DNA of 64,000 bases from Tubiluchus corallicola (taxonomy: Eukaryota; Animalia; Priapulida), in NCBI GenBank assembly GCA_030141605.1, contig JAQGDQ010000182.1, positions 367,813 to 431,812 of the forward strand, in the 5' to 3' direction. The notes beneath the pieces were generated by a model. That model searched no databases, was not told where the DNA came from, and worked only from the letters and a program-made list of their open reading frames with translations. Both the position numbers and the translations under genes were made by a program. Position 1 is the first letter of the stretch. Every line of letters starts with the position of its first letter. Below are positions 26,273 through 39,699 of this stretch, one piece after another.

Positions 26273-29200
26273 TTAGCGAGTTCTTCTACGTTTGCTTGGA
26301 CTATCATGGTAATCATATTCAGCAGATTTTGCCGATATGCGAACGCGGGAACTCGTACGTTGGGGCAACTGATCTCGATCTCCAGCTGGAGATGCAATGG
26401 GTCGCTTTCTTGAAGTGGACTTTACAGAGGTCATAACATCATTTTCTACGTGCACATGTGGACTTTGCATCCCCAGCTCTTTGTCTATGTGCACACGTGG
26501 ACTTTGCATCCCTAGCTCTTTGTCTAATTCTGCAAGACGCTGTTCTGCATCTCTGCATTCATTCATTTTATCTTTTATGCCACTTGTTTTTTCGCGATTA
26601 AAATGCTCATTCAGTTCTACCCTTGCTTGTTCGTGCTTTTCCATGGTAACTTTTAAACTTGTCAAAAGTTTTAGTTTTTTATCTAAGATGTCAACCTCAG
26701 CTGATTGGGATGCACTGAATACAGAACCCTTCAAAGCTTCTAAAGACCAAGCTCTGTTGGTGTTTCCACCAAACTTTCCATTACTTCGTATTCGTTCTCC
26801 ATCTCTGGTTAATAAAGTTGGACAGTATGTGTATTTGACAATTTCTGATCTGTATGCGGTGGCATCTTCTAGCGTATCTAGGATAATTGTGTCACCAAGT
26901 AACATCCCAAATACTGTTCTACATGCATTTTCATCTTCTGTGAATTTTAAAAGTTCTCTAGCATAAACAGGTGATCCCTTTGGCCTCCAACTGGGACGAT
27001 ATTTTACATGAGGCAGTTCTTTCTTCCAGTCTGGTAAAGTTTTCTTCCATATGAAATCCAGAGCAAGTAGCTGTTGCTTACCCCCCATTTGTTTATGCAG
27101 TTCCATTGCTTTTCTTGTCGTCCTTGTTACGATACAGTCCATGTCACCAGACATATGCCAAGACAGAACTCTGGCAATTTCATCATTGGTTATCTCTGCC
27201 AAGTGTGCAATCCGACCTAACACTTCTTTGTCTCTGGGGGCAGCTGGCAAAGTACACCGTCGTCGTGGCTTTTTAGCAAGCATGGACTGCTCTTTTGTTT
27301 TTGCTTGAATGGTTTGTTCAGTTGCAGAAAGAGAGTTCATCTCAGTTGCGCGAATGCCTAAAGCTCTCAGTTCCGATTTTACCTGGTTTTCCATTGCATT
27401 GACTTCTCTTACAGCAACCAGTAACTCATTGCCAAGTTGTTTGGAAGTGCCAAAAAGCGATTTATAACTTTTAATAGCACTCACCAGACGATCACGTTCT
27501 TTTGATATGAATGCTATCCTGGCTTGTTTCTTTGCATCATTGCAAAAAATGAATGAAATATCTAGAGGTGCAATTTCCTGAACATTAATCTTTGATTCCG
27601 TAACAGTGCACCTCAATATATACTGTCCATCTTTGCCCGGCGAATTTTCAGCAACCATAATACCATTCAGTTTAGCAGTCCCATTGATGAGAGGAATGCC
27701 TACATTTCCACTGACAAAAATATCGGGCAGTTCTGTGACATCATTATTGCTCAAAGTGTCTATCGAAATTTTTCCAGCTATATTTTCTCCTGCTTTATTG
27801 CCAAATTTATCCCGTAATTCTATGGATAGGTTATTGATCAAGGTCCTCGAAACGCTGTTCTTAGTATTTGATACGGATATTGTGCCAACATAAGCAGCAG
27901 TCTCGAGTTTAACAGGTTTTGACGGTTTCACTGTCAAAACAATTTCTTTGGATTTTACAACAGCTGTATTAGTCGAATACTCAAAAATAATCTTATAAGC
28001 ACCAGACTTTTCTGGGGCTGTCCGTCCACTGAAACAAAAGTAGTCCTTTGTATCGTCTTTCTGTCTATCTGGAAATAAAATATGGTCTTTCGATTTGACA
28101 GGAGCATCAGTATTGATGAGCTTCATCTTCAGACATGCTGCTTTTGCATCTTTTATTGTACTGTTGTCTTCTGCTAACATGGAAACAATAAAATCAGGCA
28201 GTATTTCGGCTGCTGTACATGTGCCTAACTTAGTATGCTTTACATCAAGTCGGACAGGTTTATTCAAATCTGGTTGAATAACTACCTTTAGTGTTGGTCC
28301 CAATATAGTCGTCCTATGATAAAATGCTTTTGGCACAATCTCATACATTCCAGTCTGTGCAGCGATTGTCATCTTACCAAAGTTGGCTTGTCCATTTTTG
28401 TTTGTTTTTACTATTTGTGGTGCTGGAGTTAATTTTAATCCATTATCTTTGGTAAGTTGGACCCTAACATCTGCCTCATTGGAAGGATTTCCTTGCTCAT
28501 CACACAGCTGTACCACCAAAGATTTCTGAGACAATGAATCACTGTGCACTACCAATGGTTCACCTTGCGGCCAGCCTAGCACAGATAATGAAGCTGGTGG
28601 CCCAGCAACCACATTCAATCGTACATAGTCAGTAAGGTCTCTCCACATTATGCAAACTTCCTTTGGACCGAGTGTGACATCAGTAAACCTCAATCCTGAA
28701 ATGTTAAAACTCGAAGATTGACCAAGGGCTCTCACTGTTTCTTCCACAACCAACCCCTCTGCAACAATAGATAAATCTTTCAAAATACCATGTGGCAACT
28801 TTTTGACTGGGTTGCCAAACTTGTCCATAATAGTCACTAAAATATCTGATGACATTTTGTTATCTAAGCTAACAGTATTATCACCACTACACACACACTT
28901 CATGTTACATGGATGACCTGGAACGGGCTTAATGGTGAACGAAAATTCAATATCATGAATATTCTGAAGGGAAATGTTACAATATTTCGTATCCAAAACA
29001 GAGTTGGGGACTTTGATGTCAGGAAGCCTACACTGTAGCAATTCAGCAGTTGGTGCTTTGGGCACCCAGCTTAATTTGAATCGAGCAGCTAACTTGTTAT
29101 CAATCGGCACTGTTTTTCCAGCTTCATTAGTCAAGACGAAACTAATGCCAGACAAAAATGTGCCAGCTTCGACGAAAATGTCTTTCCCATTGACAAGTTC

Positions 29201-32136
29201 TATTGTTTTATCACCATCCATGTACGAAACATTAATTGACGTCACAGAGTTACTAGGTAGAACTTTTATAGTTTTTTCAACAGGCTGAACATTTCTGCAT
29301 CCAGGCAAGTCAATTCTAGCTTTAACCACTTCGCTGTCTTTAATTTTTTTTAGCAGCAGTGGTGAACCGGTTAGTTTTCCTCTGCCAGTCATTGAGCAGT
29401 CTAAGAAATATGTAGGCAATTCTGCATTGCCCAGAGCTCCACTAAATTGTGCAGCCACAGTAAGTTTTGGTTGGCACGTCAAATTTTTTGATTTGTCATA
29501 AACCTCAACATTCATGACAACAGGCAACCCATTTTCAATTTCCAAATCACCATCAGGAAAAACAATGAGAGATTCAGGTGGTCCAGGAGTCAACCGTATC
29601 TTAAGCGTTTGAGAATCTTCCTCTAAATCAGGCATTTTTACTACCAAGCTAAAATTTTTCCCGGTGCTTAAAGGAACACTTCCCAGAGCAATAACATCTT
29701 TTATGATTAAAGATTTACCTTTAACCAAAACACCACCATAACTCAAATTCAAGCCAGTTGCTTCCACAGTTGGCTTTATGTTCGGAGGTGGTTTTGTTGG
29801 ATTTCCAAACAAATCTTGAAACTCAACAGGTATGCTAAATGGTAAGCCAATTCGAAAAGGTCCGTCTAAAAGCCCAACAACAAATCTGTTTGCTTCAGCT
29901 TCTGTCACACAAAACTTGTAAGTGAGAGAAGGAAGGTCTTTTCCAGCAAATGTCGTGCAATTGTTTTCATTTGCAACACTAATGACGACCTGTAAAATTA
30001 GTGTGTGCATTCCTAATTGACGTATGTTTTCCATCTTACGGAACCAATAAGGCCATGCCTTACCATGTTGACTGACGTGCCATATTATGAGTTCGTCGCC
30101 AGACGGAGAGTGCCAAATAATTTTCAATTCAACTAGCAACTTTCCCTTTGACTGGGCAGTAGAGCCAGGCAACTTGTTTATCACTTGGCCTTTTTTATTG
30201 GCTATTTCGACTCTCATGTCACCTATAGGCTGCCCGGCACAACGCTTTTCACCATCTGTTATGCTGTTCCCTTCTGGCCATGTTACATTTATTTTATCTG
30301 GTAGTTTATGTTCTTCATCTTCAATACACTTTTTGATCACGCTTGAACTGGCAGTTCGATCAAGTTTAGAAAGAGGAAAGCATTTCACTTCATCATAAAT
30401 GCACCTTGGTTCCAGTTGTATTTCAAATTCACCTCCCGTTGCAAAGATCTCCCCATCGTACTCTCCAAACAAGAAGAATCGGTTAACTGTTCCATATACA
30501 TGAGGTAGAGTTTTAAATGTTTTAATCAACTGTCCCTTCTCAAATCGTTTATAATCCCACTCTATTTTTGTGAATACCGTCCAAGGCGACTGCTTGTTTT
30601 TTGGTTGTTCAGGCCTAGCCACTGTGCCTTTGTTACCGTAGAATTTCACCTGTTTGTCATGTTTTTCATGGCACTCTTTCAACCAATCAGTGAAAAGTTT
30701 TTCGATGTATCCCCGCCGTTCCTGTCCATCAATCACTCCAACAAAGCTAGTCTTTTTATCTCTCAACTGAAGTTCCAAATCTAAGAAAGTTAGTTTATTA
30801 GTAGACACCTGGAAATCACTGTTTGCCCACAGTACACCAGATATTCTCCTATAGCATTCCTCTGGAATAGCACCTGATTTCTTTGGAGGACAACACCAAT
30901 CAAACTCCTGAATGGTAGTATAGGGAATTGCCCGCCCATTCCAAAAGCAGTCAAAAATGGGGCGTCTTCCTCTTGCCGTAAGCGAGGAGTAATCACAATC
31001 ATATTCAAAGTCGTCACTCAAGTGTCCTTGGTCTGAACTATCGCTAGGATAAGTCTCACGATCATACAGAAAAGGATGGTACCTTAACATTCCTTCCACA
31101 TGCCCAGTTCCCTCGATCTTAGCTCGAAATTCAAACTCACTGGCAGAAGTCCTTATAAACTGTGTCTGCATATCATTCTCTACGTCACGAAGGTTCACAG
31201 TTTTTGTTTTGTCATTTTTTGTCTGCATTGTTATAATTATGTCGATAACATTGTTCTCTGATACAGTTTTTTTCAAAGGCTCTACATTTCCATGTGGACC
31301 ATGCAGATAATAATGATAAATATTTGCCAACTGTGTACACCACTGGTTGAAGTCATACTTCAAGTAACGAACATGTTCTAATGGGATGTCAGTAATCACT
31401 ACAGTGGTAAAATGGTCTTTACCAACTTCACATGCGATGACTTCTTTAATGCCCTCTGCCACATTTGATGATAAATGTGACATATCAGCTGGCTTGCGGT
31501 TTCTAATAAAACCCTCGTAAATGGCTTCCCTATTTTTATCCTTAGCCTCGAAATCTTCTTTGGACATGGTCAATTCGTGAACGTCTTTCGAGTTGGCAGG
31601 TTTGGAAATCATTCTCGTAGCCATGCCAATATAAAACACCGCTTGCTTGCCACCAACACCAAAATAAGAAATATCACTATTTAAAGAGCGAGGAATCCTT
31701 TCATCAACATTGCCATTTTTAATTGGCTGTTCCTTGTGACGGTTGAACTTTGATAACCTGTAGATTGCCCACTGGCTTAACTGTTTAGATGTCATTCCCT
31801 TGCCATTATCAATCACACATATGGCATTGTTTTGCATCTGTCGGTCACTCCCAAAGAACAGCTTGACATCAATAGTTCTCGGACCTTGATTCAGAGCTGT
31901 TGCAGATAAAGAGTTGTCTATCAGCTCAGCAATAGCAAACGGAAGAGGATTTTGCCCTGCAGAGGCATAGTATTCATACACACCACTCTTGACTAGAGTG
32001 TCATAATGTGGCAGGAATTCGACTCTTTCTTTAGCCTGTCCAGGTAAATCTTGATTGATGTCACTAAGAATGTACAGAGTAGTTCCATCCTCAACAAGAG
32101 TCTGGTATTCCTTGTCTGAGTTAATCTGTTCTCGGC
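26273..32136 (-). CDS. SMCHD1: SMCHD1 giant exon 2 (5864 bp: ATPase, transducer, central linker, coiled coils, hinge)
   Basis: Uninterrupted 1957-codon ORF in the track; AG acceptor at 32138-32137. Confidence 0.95.
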
Positions 32137-35100
32137 CTGCAAGCAAAACCAGAAAATATTCATTGTAGAGTAATAGTGCAACATGTGTATCTGATGATGC
32201 AGTTCTGAATACACAGAAGATTACACTAATTAATTAATCACATTTATCGAGTGCAACCAGTTAAAGTAATATTAAGCGAAAGAATAGCACACCACAATAC
32301 TTGATGGAAAGTTTATCCAAGCCACATTTCAAATACTTCACTGCCAATTACTTTTATCAAAATGATAAACATTTTTTATTTGACTTCTGCATTAGGTTTC
32401 ATCAGAATCTAAACCAGTGAATATACAGTCAAATCTACTTCATAAAGATAGATCTGTTTTTCAGTTAACATGCAATATCTAATAGATCCGAAGCCACAAT
32501 GGGCTTTCTTGCATACGTAAAAATAGTTGCATAACCTATATTTTCTTTTGATACGTATTCAAAGTGATTTCCTTATTCCCCTGAGATTTGATTTGAACAG
32601 CAAAGATGATGTGAACATAGGGTTGGATCTGAATCTGAGGTTTGGCTGGGGATTAGTTCAGTCCAGTTAGAATAAGGTTTTAGTTCACCAGTTATTAATT
32701 AGACCTACATGAATAATTACAACTAAATCTACGAAACACTCAATAGACAATTGCCAAAAATTATTGTCGAGCATAAAAAAACAAATGCCAAACATCAAAC
32801 ATATTTAGGAAACATTGTTAAATTTACATGTTATTGACATTTGCGACTTTCTACGATGCCCAAATGTTATTATTATCTATTATGCTATTACTGGGCAGTT
32901 TTTTCTTTCTATAGCTCTCTTCTCCACCACCCCTCTCCGCAAAACAGTAATGCCTGTTAGACAACGTAACGTCTCCAAAAATGCTTGAGAATATATAGCA
33001 CTAAGGAAGGGGTGGGAGCTGGCTGTCAGATTCTAATTGATTATTTATTTAATGTAAATTACCACAAGCAGCAATTTTTTTATGAACAACAAAAGTAAAA
33101 AGTCAAATTATTTTATACAAATAATAACTAATAAGTTTACTACAATTGCAATTTTTCTTCAGATACTGTTTAGTTCCTGTTTAATTTAAATTGTAGTACT
33201 GATGGACTTTGGTATTGTTTCGGTTTGGTTTAGGAAAACTGAAAAGTTTGGATTGGGTTTGAGAATTTTTTTGGACTCTGCACAACCTTACATTGGCTAT
33301 ACATAAAAAGCTGCTTTTAAGCACCTGACTCTCTGGCACATCTATCCCAAATGTTTGTAAGTACAAGTACAAATGCTAGAAACATGTCAAACTTTTAAAG
33401 TATTAGTCTAAGTACATCTAATAACCACTAGCCAGCAGATTGCAGGGTTTTATCAACAAAAGTTATTGATACTACTGACAGTATCAAAGAAGCAACTCGG
33501 GAAGGGTAATAATAATAATTATAATAATAATACAGTAGTTGCCGCTTAATAGCTCCATCGCTTAATTGACTCAAAAAACGCCTGGAACGGGCCGCTTCTA
33601 TTCAAATATACATAAAAACTATCGGTAATTGACTCAATATTTTTCCTTCACGTATTTAAAATAAGACATTTGTATGTGCCCAAACTATATTATATATATA
33701 GAAACAATCATGTTAAGTATTGTTTTGTTTGGAAACATGCATGTTTATCATGTGCTGATACGCTAGCGTAGCAGTTTTGCTTTGAATCTGTTACCCGCTC
33801 GCCCGCTGCCATTAACCTCATTACCCAAAGAATTTCTGGAAGCTAAACATTTAATCACTTGCCTAGCAGTTTCCTTTTGATGCTCTAGTTGCAAATCACG
33901 TTTTCGGGATTAATGAGTTAATAGTAAAAGATGCAGGTACAGTACATATACTGGCTATGTCATGGAGCAATGTAAGTGAGCAGACAATTCAGAACTGTTT
34001 TAGTCATGCCCAATTCAGACTTGTGTGATTTAGAAACGTACACTTTTAATTTATTGTTAATTCACTTACATAAATTAATATTTTAATATATTTTTTTCCC
34101 AATTTTTAACTGCACAAAGGAACTAAGGCATTACTTCGTTTCTAAAATTGATTAAGAGCCTTTGCAGTGCAGCTGATGACTCATACTTCTATAGCAGTAA
34201 TACTACACCCATCGGTTAATAGGGTCAAAACACATCGGTCCCAAAGTGAGTCTATTAAGCGGCGACTACTGTAATAATAATAAAAGTGTAAATTTAATAC
34301 ATAAAAAGCACACATCATAAAAGTATTTATAAAATTAATTACTACAGTCACTGTTAATGATATCTAATTATTTTACAAATTATGTTAGTGTCTGTCATAT
34401 CTTTCCTTGAAAGCATTTGCACTGGGGGCCACACTATATACTCAAGTAAGCTATTCCATAGACAACCAGTTCTATTACTAAAAAAGAACTTCCTTAGATT
34501 ATGTGTCCTATTAGTTTCAAAAGTAAAACAGTGTCCAAGTAAGCCAGGGTAAGTTCTTAATTTGAACATTGTTTTATAATTGACATTATTATAACCTTGA
34601 ACAAACTTGAAGACCTCAATGAGATCGCCTCTTATTCTACGATCTTCTAATGATGTGAGTTTTAACTCATTCAGCCTCACATGATAAGGTAAGTCTTTTA
34701 ACTCAGGAACTAGTTTTGTGGAACCTTTCTGACCCTTTTCTAATGTGTTTTTATCTTTCTGTAGATAGGGTGACCAGATTTGTATACAATATTCCTAATG
34801 AGGTTTTACATAAGTCTTATATAACTTAATAGAGATTCATCAGTAATATAAAGTAAAAGTTCTTTTAATCATGCCTAAAATCCTGTTAGCTTTAGCTGCT
34901 TTACCGATATGCATAAAAAAACTTATTATCTGTAACAGTTAAACCAAGGTCTGTTTCATGAGTTACATTACTTATTTCATACCCATCCATACAGTAATTA
35001 CATTTGGGATTCTTTTTACCAACATGTAGAATTTTACATTTATCTCTTAAACTCGAGTAACCATTCTGTTGACCATTTTATGAGCTCTGTTAAATTATTA

Positions 35101-36073
35101 CTAATTGTGATACCATCCAAGCATGACAATACTAGATGATAGACTTTTGTATCGTCCACAAAAATTTTGCTTTTGATTGACAGAGAAGCAGGCAAGTCAT
35201 TAATAAAAAAAACTGGGCCAATCACAGAGCCTAGAGGCACGCCTTAAGATTATTAATAACTATGGGTCGTTTCTTGTCTCTCAAGAAATATAAATCTTCA
35301 AGCCATCTTTCTAGGTTATCTCTAATTCTGTATTTATCAAGTTTATAGATAAGTCTACTATGGGGAACAGTATCGAAAGCCTTTTTGAAACTTAAATATA
35401 TTACATCAAATGGCAGTCCATCATCATACATACTTGTCCAGTCATCAAATGTAGTCAACAGATTTGTTAGGCATGAGCGACCTTTCCTAAACCCATGCTG
35501 TTCATTACATGATATATCATTCTGTTCAAGGTATTGCTAATGAACAAAATTTTGTCTTATCAATTTCTCATGACTTTACACACTTCTGGGAAGCAGGCAT
35601 AGCAGTTCTAGGAAAATGAGGCAGAGAGTATCAAGAGAAAGTACATGTAAGATTTGGGCATAAAAATGCTGAATCGCATTTCTTCCGATCTGTCTGCAAA
35701 TGTGTGGTACAAGCTGAAGTACATGTAATGATGTATTGCACTGTACCATACGTGCAGTTTAAACTTAGTTAATTTCCGTACTTCAGTTTAGTGTAAACTG
35801 AACAAATTAGGGTCGTTTGTTAGGAACGTGCACTGGGTTGTTTTTACCTGTTGTAGTAATAATAAAGTCATTGTTGTTCAGTTTGAAGGCTTTCTTGATT
35901 TCGTCACGAAACGATAAAAAATCGGTTATTCTCCCAAGAAAAATTCGTTTCTCCGGCTCCACACAACCAAGGCGCCTGTCATATACAAATACAAATAATT
36001 CCTCTTCTTTCGCATCAGGCGAGGTTCGGAAACTCCTTCGTCTAGAAGACAAATGAGATTGTGGCGATGCCAT
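26273..36073 (-). CDS. SMCHD1: SMCHD1 (structural maintenance of chromosomes flexible hinge domain-containing 1), about 2029 aa, two coding exons
   Basis: Exon 1 36073-35848 (FVYDRR...FIITTT, phase-1 donor gtaaaa) joins exon 2 32136-26273 (ttgcag|GC CGA GAA). GHKL motifs PHYDTLVKSG.YEYYAS.GQNPLPFAIAELIDNSLSAT, DNGKGM, YFGVGGKQAVF; hinge motif CPTLLTRDGERIRSNGKFGG; all closely match remembered vertebrate SMCHD1. Confidence 0.95.
26450..26526 (-). repeat. 39-bp in-frame tandem duplication in the SMCHD1 C-terminus
   Basis: Encodes DKELGMQSPRVH-I-DKELGMQSPHVH. Confidence 0.9.
33533..34271 (+). mobile_element. Non-autonomous pogo/Tigger (Tc1/mariner) element in SMCHD1 intron
   Basis: TA|CAGTAGTTGCCGCTTAATAG ... 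CTATTAAGCGGCGACTACTG|TA; internal remnant WSNVSEQTIQNCFSHA resembles the pogo transposase C-terminus. Confidence 0.85.
34354..35580 (-). mobile_element. 5'-truncated decayed CR1 LINE (reverse transcriptase region) in SMCHD1 intron
   Basis: DVIYLSFKKAFDTVPHSRL, PLGSVIGP..FINDLP, KIFVDDTKVY, LEDRRIRGDLIEVFK, FFSNR...WNSL, with frameshifts. Confidence 0.9.
35848..36073 (-). CDS. SMCHD1: SMCHD1 coding exon 1 (N-terminal ubiquitin-like region)
   Basis: MASPQSHL...FVFVYDRR...FIITTT resembles human TVYLFDRR...FVITTT; donor at 35847. Confidence 0.85.
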
Positions 36074-37846
36074 AATCAAGATTTTCTATCTTCAAACAAG
36101 CCGCACAACATGGCCGAGGGTGGTGCTTTGTTTTCGCGCATCGCCCAATAAGGACGATGAAGTGCATTTCCTGCGTGCCAAACGCTAAAGGATATCGTGC
36201 AAATCAATTATTAATATTCATGGGAGTGTATGTGTAATTCTAAATTGTCTGTGGGATAAGAGAAATATGCCTACTGCATGATAAAAAGTAGTGTCATAGT
36301 GTGTTCGTATTACAAACTATACAAATACGAAAATTGAGAATGTAGTCGCTGCAAACTCTGTAACAAACTATAGATATATGGCTGAACTACTAATACAAGG
36401 CTGTGCCACCTAGTAATTTTTAAAGTGATGACAGTTATGATCGGTCAACAAGCAGAGATACCTAACATAGGACCAAATGGATATGATAAATACTTGTAGT
36501 AACTACAACACTCATTTTATTGAGTATAATACAATGCTCTCATCATACGTCAGCATTACTCTCTACTAGATCCCGTAAAATGAAAAATAATAACAGTGGT
36601 TATGCAACCCTGTTACAGGCCAAGAATAATAATTATAAATAATATTTTGTTTATTTTGATAAGTTATTGCGTGTGGTAAATTTGACTTCCTCAATGTGCA
36701 CCAACAGAACTGCTTAGAATTTATTATCACAAATAAGTCATAATTATAACACATAACGCAACCAAAGCCAGAGTATATAGTAGACTTATAGCAGACTATA
36801 AATATATTAATGTTGTAAAACGCTAATGGCTAAAACACTAGTCACATTGTTATAATTAAGCTGACATATGAATTTGAAAAGCAATAGTTTTGTCCTATAT
36901 ACTGCCATGTACATAAGACTATTATTATTATGATTCATCATTATGATATTATACTAATAATTTATAATTTTGAGGTGATGCGAAACTGCATTTATGTTAT
37001 GTTATTTCAGTGTGAGATTAGTTATGTGTCTAATAAGTATAGGTATCACAGTATATAAGTATCAGTGGTATATTATGCACTATTAGTCGTACATTTATCA
37101 TTACATATTGTTATAAACTGAACAATAAGAAGTGAATTTTTAATAATAACTAAATGTTAAATTCACCTTTGCTTTTTTATAACGTCTCAGTGCCTCCAAA
37201 TGAAATTTTACAAAACCTTGGAACTAGAGTATAGTATTAAAGTGAAAGTAACACCAATGATAATTATTATTAAATACACAGATTGACAATTTACCCATTG
37301 CATTTTATAGGAATGGATAAACTTGTATATTTTCTTTTTTGAAGTGACGATATTCCTACTAAGTTGATATACTGAATAATTTTTGCACAAGGTTGTATAC
37401 AGTTCTTAACCTAGGATAAAAATTTCTAAAAGACAAGGATCTAAGATATAATTAGGCTTAATGCTTATTTTTACATTTTAGATACCAGTAAAGATATAAA
37501 TCACAACTTCACCAAACATCTGATACAGTCGAAAATACAGTCGATACTGGAGTAAAATTTATACAGTCGAAAATATTGCTTCTAGGTTATTCAGAGACAA
37601 GACTGGAGCATGCTACTTTAAAAAATATCAATGATACCAATGTATTTAAAACTTAAACTTTTTGCGAAAACACGTCATATTTATATAAGTATGGTCTTGC
37701 TAGTCGAGTGTGGTTCATACAAATTTAGCTCAAAAGCGGTAAACCAGGTGACATATTGTTCACATGAAATGCTTGGTCAGTTTGCCACTTTTTAGTTTTC
37801 ACGTACATCACTGAAAAATACACTGTAACTGAATAAATGCAGATGA

Positions 37847-38581
37847 CTATTTCTTGTATTTTTCATGAATAGCAAATTTAGTCATTGGTCTACCAGACAC
37901 ACCACATGTCCCTATACCAACTCTTCCACCAGGATTTTCTGGAGTTGCAAAAATACTTTTCTTAACACGCCCCTTTTTTGTTTTCGCAAAAGCCTTGGCA
38001 TTAAACTCTTGCCATCGTCCCTTCTCCTTCTCTCTTTCTTCCTCAATGGCTTTAAGTCTTTGAATTTTCTTCTGTGCTTTCTTGCGTTTATATTCGCGCT
38101 GTGCTGCAATCATTTCTTTCTTAGATGATGGTTTCTCAGCTTTGCTATTTGTCTGAGCAACATCGTGCATGACTGGCTTTAATAATGACAGTTTGGTTAC
38201 ATCTGTATTACCATACTCACAAAATGTTACAGTACAATCACCGTCAGCAGTAATATCATCAATTTCAGCCATATAGTACTGACCGTCTTTAGAATATACA
38301 GCCATGCACATGTCCCCATGTTTCCAGTCATGTACAATAGTGTTTGGTGTATCAACTGATGTTGAATTAACTGATGTACTTGCTTCCAGAAATAATGAAT
38401 CGTTAGAAGGCTCCTCTGCTTTTGTATTCACTAAGTCAGCTGTAAGATTTATTACTTCCTGAAGATCTTTTTTTAGTTTTAGCAGATCTTCATTCCCGGG
38501 ATCGGACATCAAAGCAGCATCGACTTGCTGCAGTTGTAGCTTATAGTTTGTTAAATTTGTAAAAAGATCCTCGTCAGCCAT
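37847..38581 (-). CDS. SMNDC1: Survival motor neuron domain-containing 1 / SPF30 (Tudor splicing factor), single coding exon
   Basis: YKLQLQQVDAAL..DPGNEDLLKLKKDLQEVINLT; Tudor WKHGDMCMAVYSKDGQYY; KKSIFATPE..GRVGIGTCG; acceptor tttttgtttag just upstream of the ATG implies a 5' UTR intron. Confidence 0.95.
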   Translation of the reverse strand: MADEDLFTNLTNYKLQLQQVDAALMSDPGNEDLLKLKKDLQEVINLTADLVNTKAEEPSNDSLFLEASTSVNSTSVDTPNTIVHDWKHGDMCMAVYSKDGQYYMAEIDDITADGDCTVTFCEYGNTDVTKLSLLKPVMHDVAQTNSKAEKPSSKKEMIAAQREYKRKKAQKKIQRLKAIEEEREKEKGRWQEFNAKAFAKTKKGRVKKSIFATPENPGGRVGIGTCGVSGRPMTKFAIHEKYKK

Positions 38582-39699
38582 AGTAAATGCTAAACAAAAA
38601 TGAAATGTATATCATCAATATAAGGTAGGTGAGGTGTGGCACATAGCTATACTTCACACACATCATAATTCTAATGTTAAATTTATTATACTTGACACAA
38701 CTAGTAATTTTAAAAGCATAAACTTGTTGTTTCACTAATCCTATAAGCATGCCAAATGAAGACCTGAAGCTTAGGGCTGCATGGTGACAGCATTAAAATT
38801 TTAAGCTAATTTTTATTATCACCTCATAGGAATGCATTTGAACTGGTTTCTGGGCAAATTGTTTCCTTTCCGAGAATGAGCTACAGCACAAGTTTGTGTA
38901 GGCATCAACTAAAAGCCAGCTTTTAAATAAGTACAGCAAGCCTTCGCTTATACGCATACCACATTTAGCAACATTTCATTTTAACTTCGATATTGCTCAA
39001 TGCAATTTTTTACTTTAACAGAGACTTTATCTAATTTGAAATGTAAAACTAAAATATCTATGATTTTGGTGCTAAATATTAAAGACTGCATCTGTAGCAA
39101 ACAAAATACGGTTATAATAACCGGAAAGCAAACTATACACCTGTAGAGCAATATTCTACCTATGATTTGTTGCTATTTCAACCAGTGTCTAGAAGAAATT
39201 GGCCTACCCGCTGGGGGTTAGTTCTCACTATGGTGGTGAATTGCCTTAAAGTTAACAAAACAGTTGAATAGCTTTGTTGCTGAGTAAGCACGAAAGAAAA
39301 ACAGGTACGCATGGGCAACTAGAACGATAGGAAATTTCAAGGCAAGAAGAAGAAACTAATTAGTAAAAAAAGGCACATAAAACTCATTAACTTCAAGTTA
39401 TATGAACTGAGCATTAAGGATTTTGCCCCTTGAATGTATGTGCATCCTAATGCTTCTAGATAATTTTCTGCAGAAGTCATGGTTTCATTTAACGAGTCAA
39501 GTTTTGCAAAACAAGATATCAGCATTCTTGTACACATATGAACTATGTGATGCAAAAAAAATCTAAAAGGAAGACAGGGTGATTTTTCATATATTGCTCC
39601 ATTTTCAAGTCCCATAAATGGTATACATTTTAACGTAATTAATACTGCAAAAGCGTTTTCGATAATTAAATAATAGATTAAAAACTTAGTTAACGGCGG

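Noticed and set aside
26397-30398. Plus-strand ORFs (189 aa and others) antisense to SMCHD1
   Set aside because: Shadow ORFs expected opposite a long coding exon; no recognisable motifs
26273-32146. Large GHKL ATPase ORF as a bacterial, viral or horizontally acquired defence gene
   Set aside because: End-to-end motif match to animal SMCHD1, plus a spliced first exon and host-like composition
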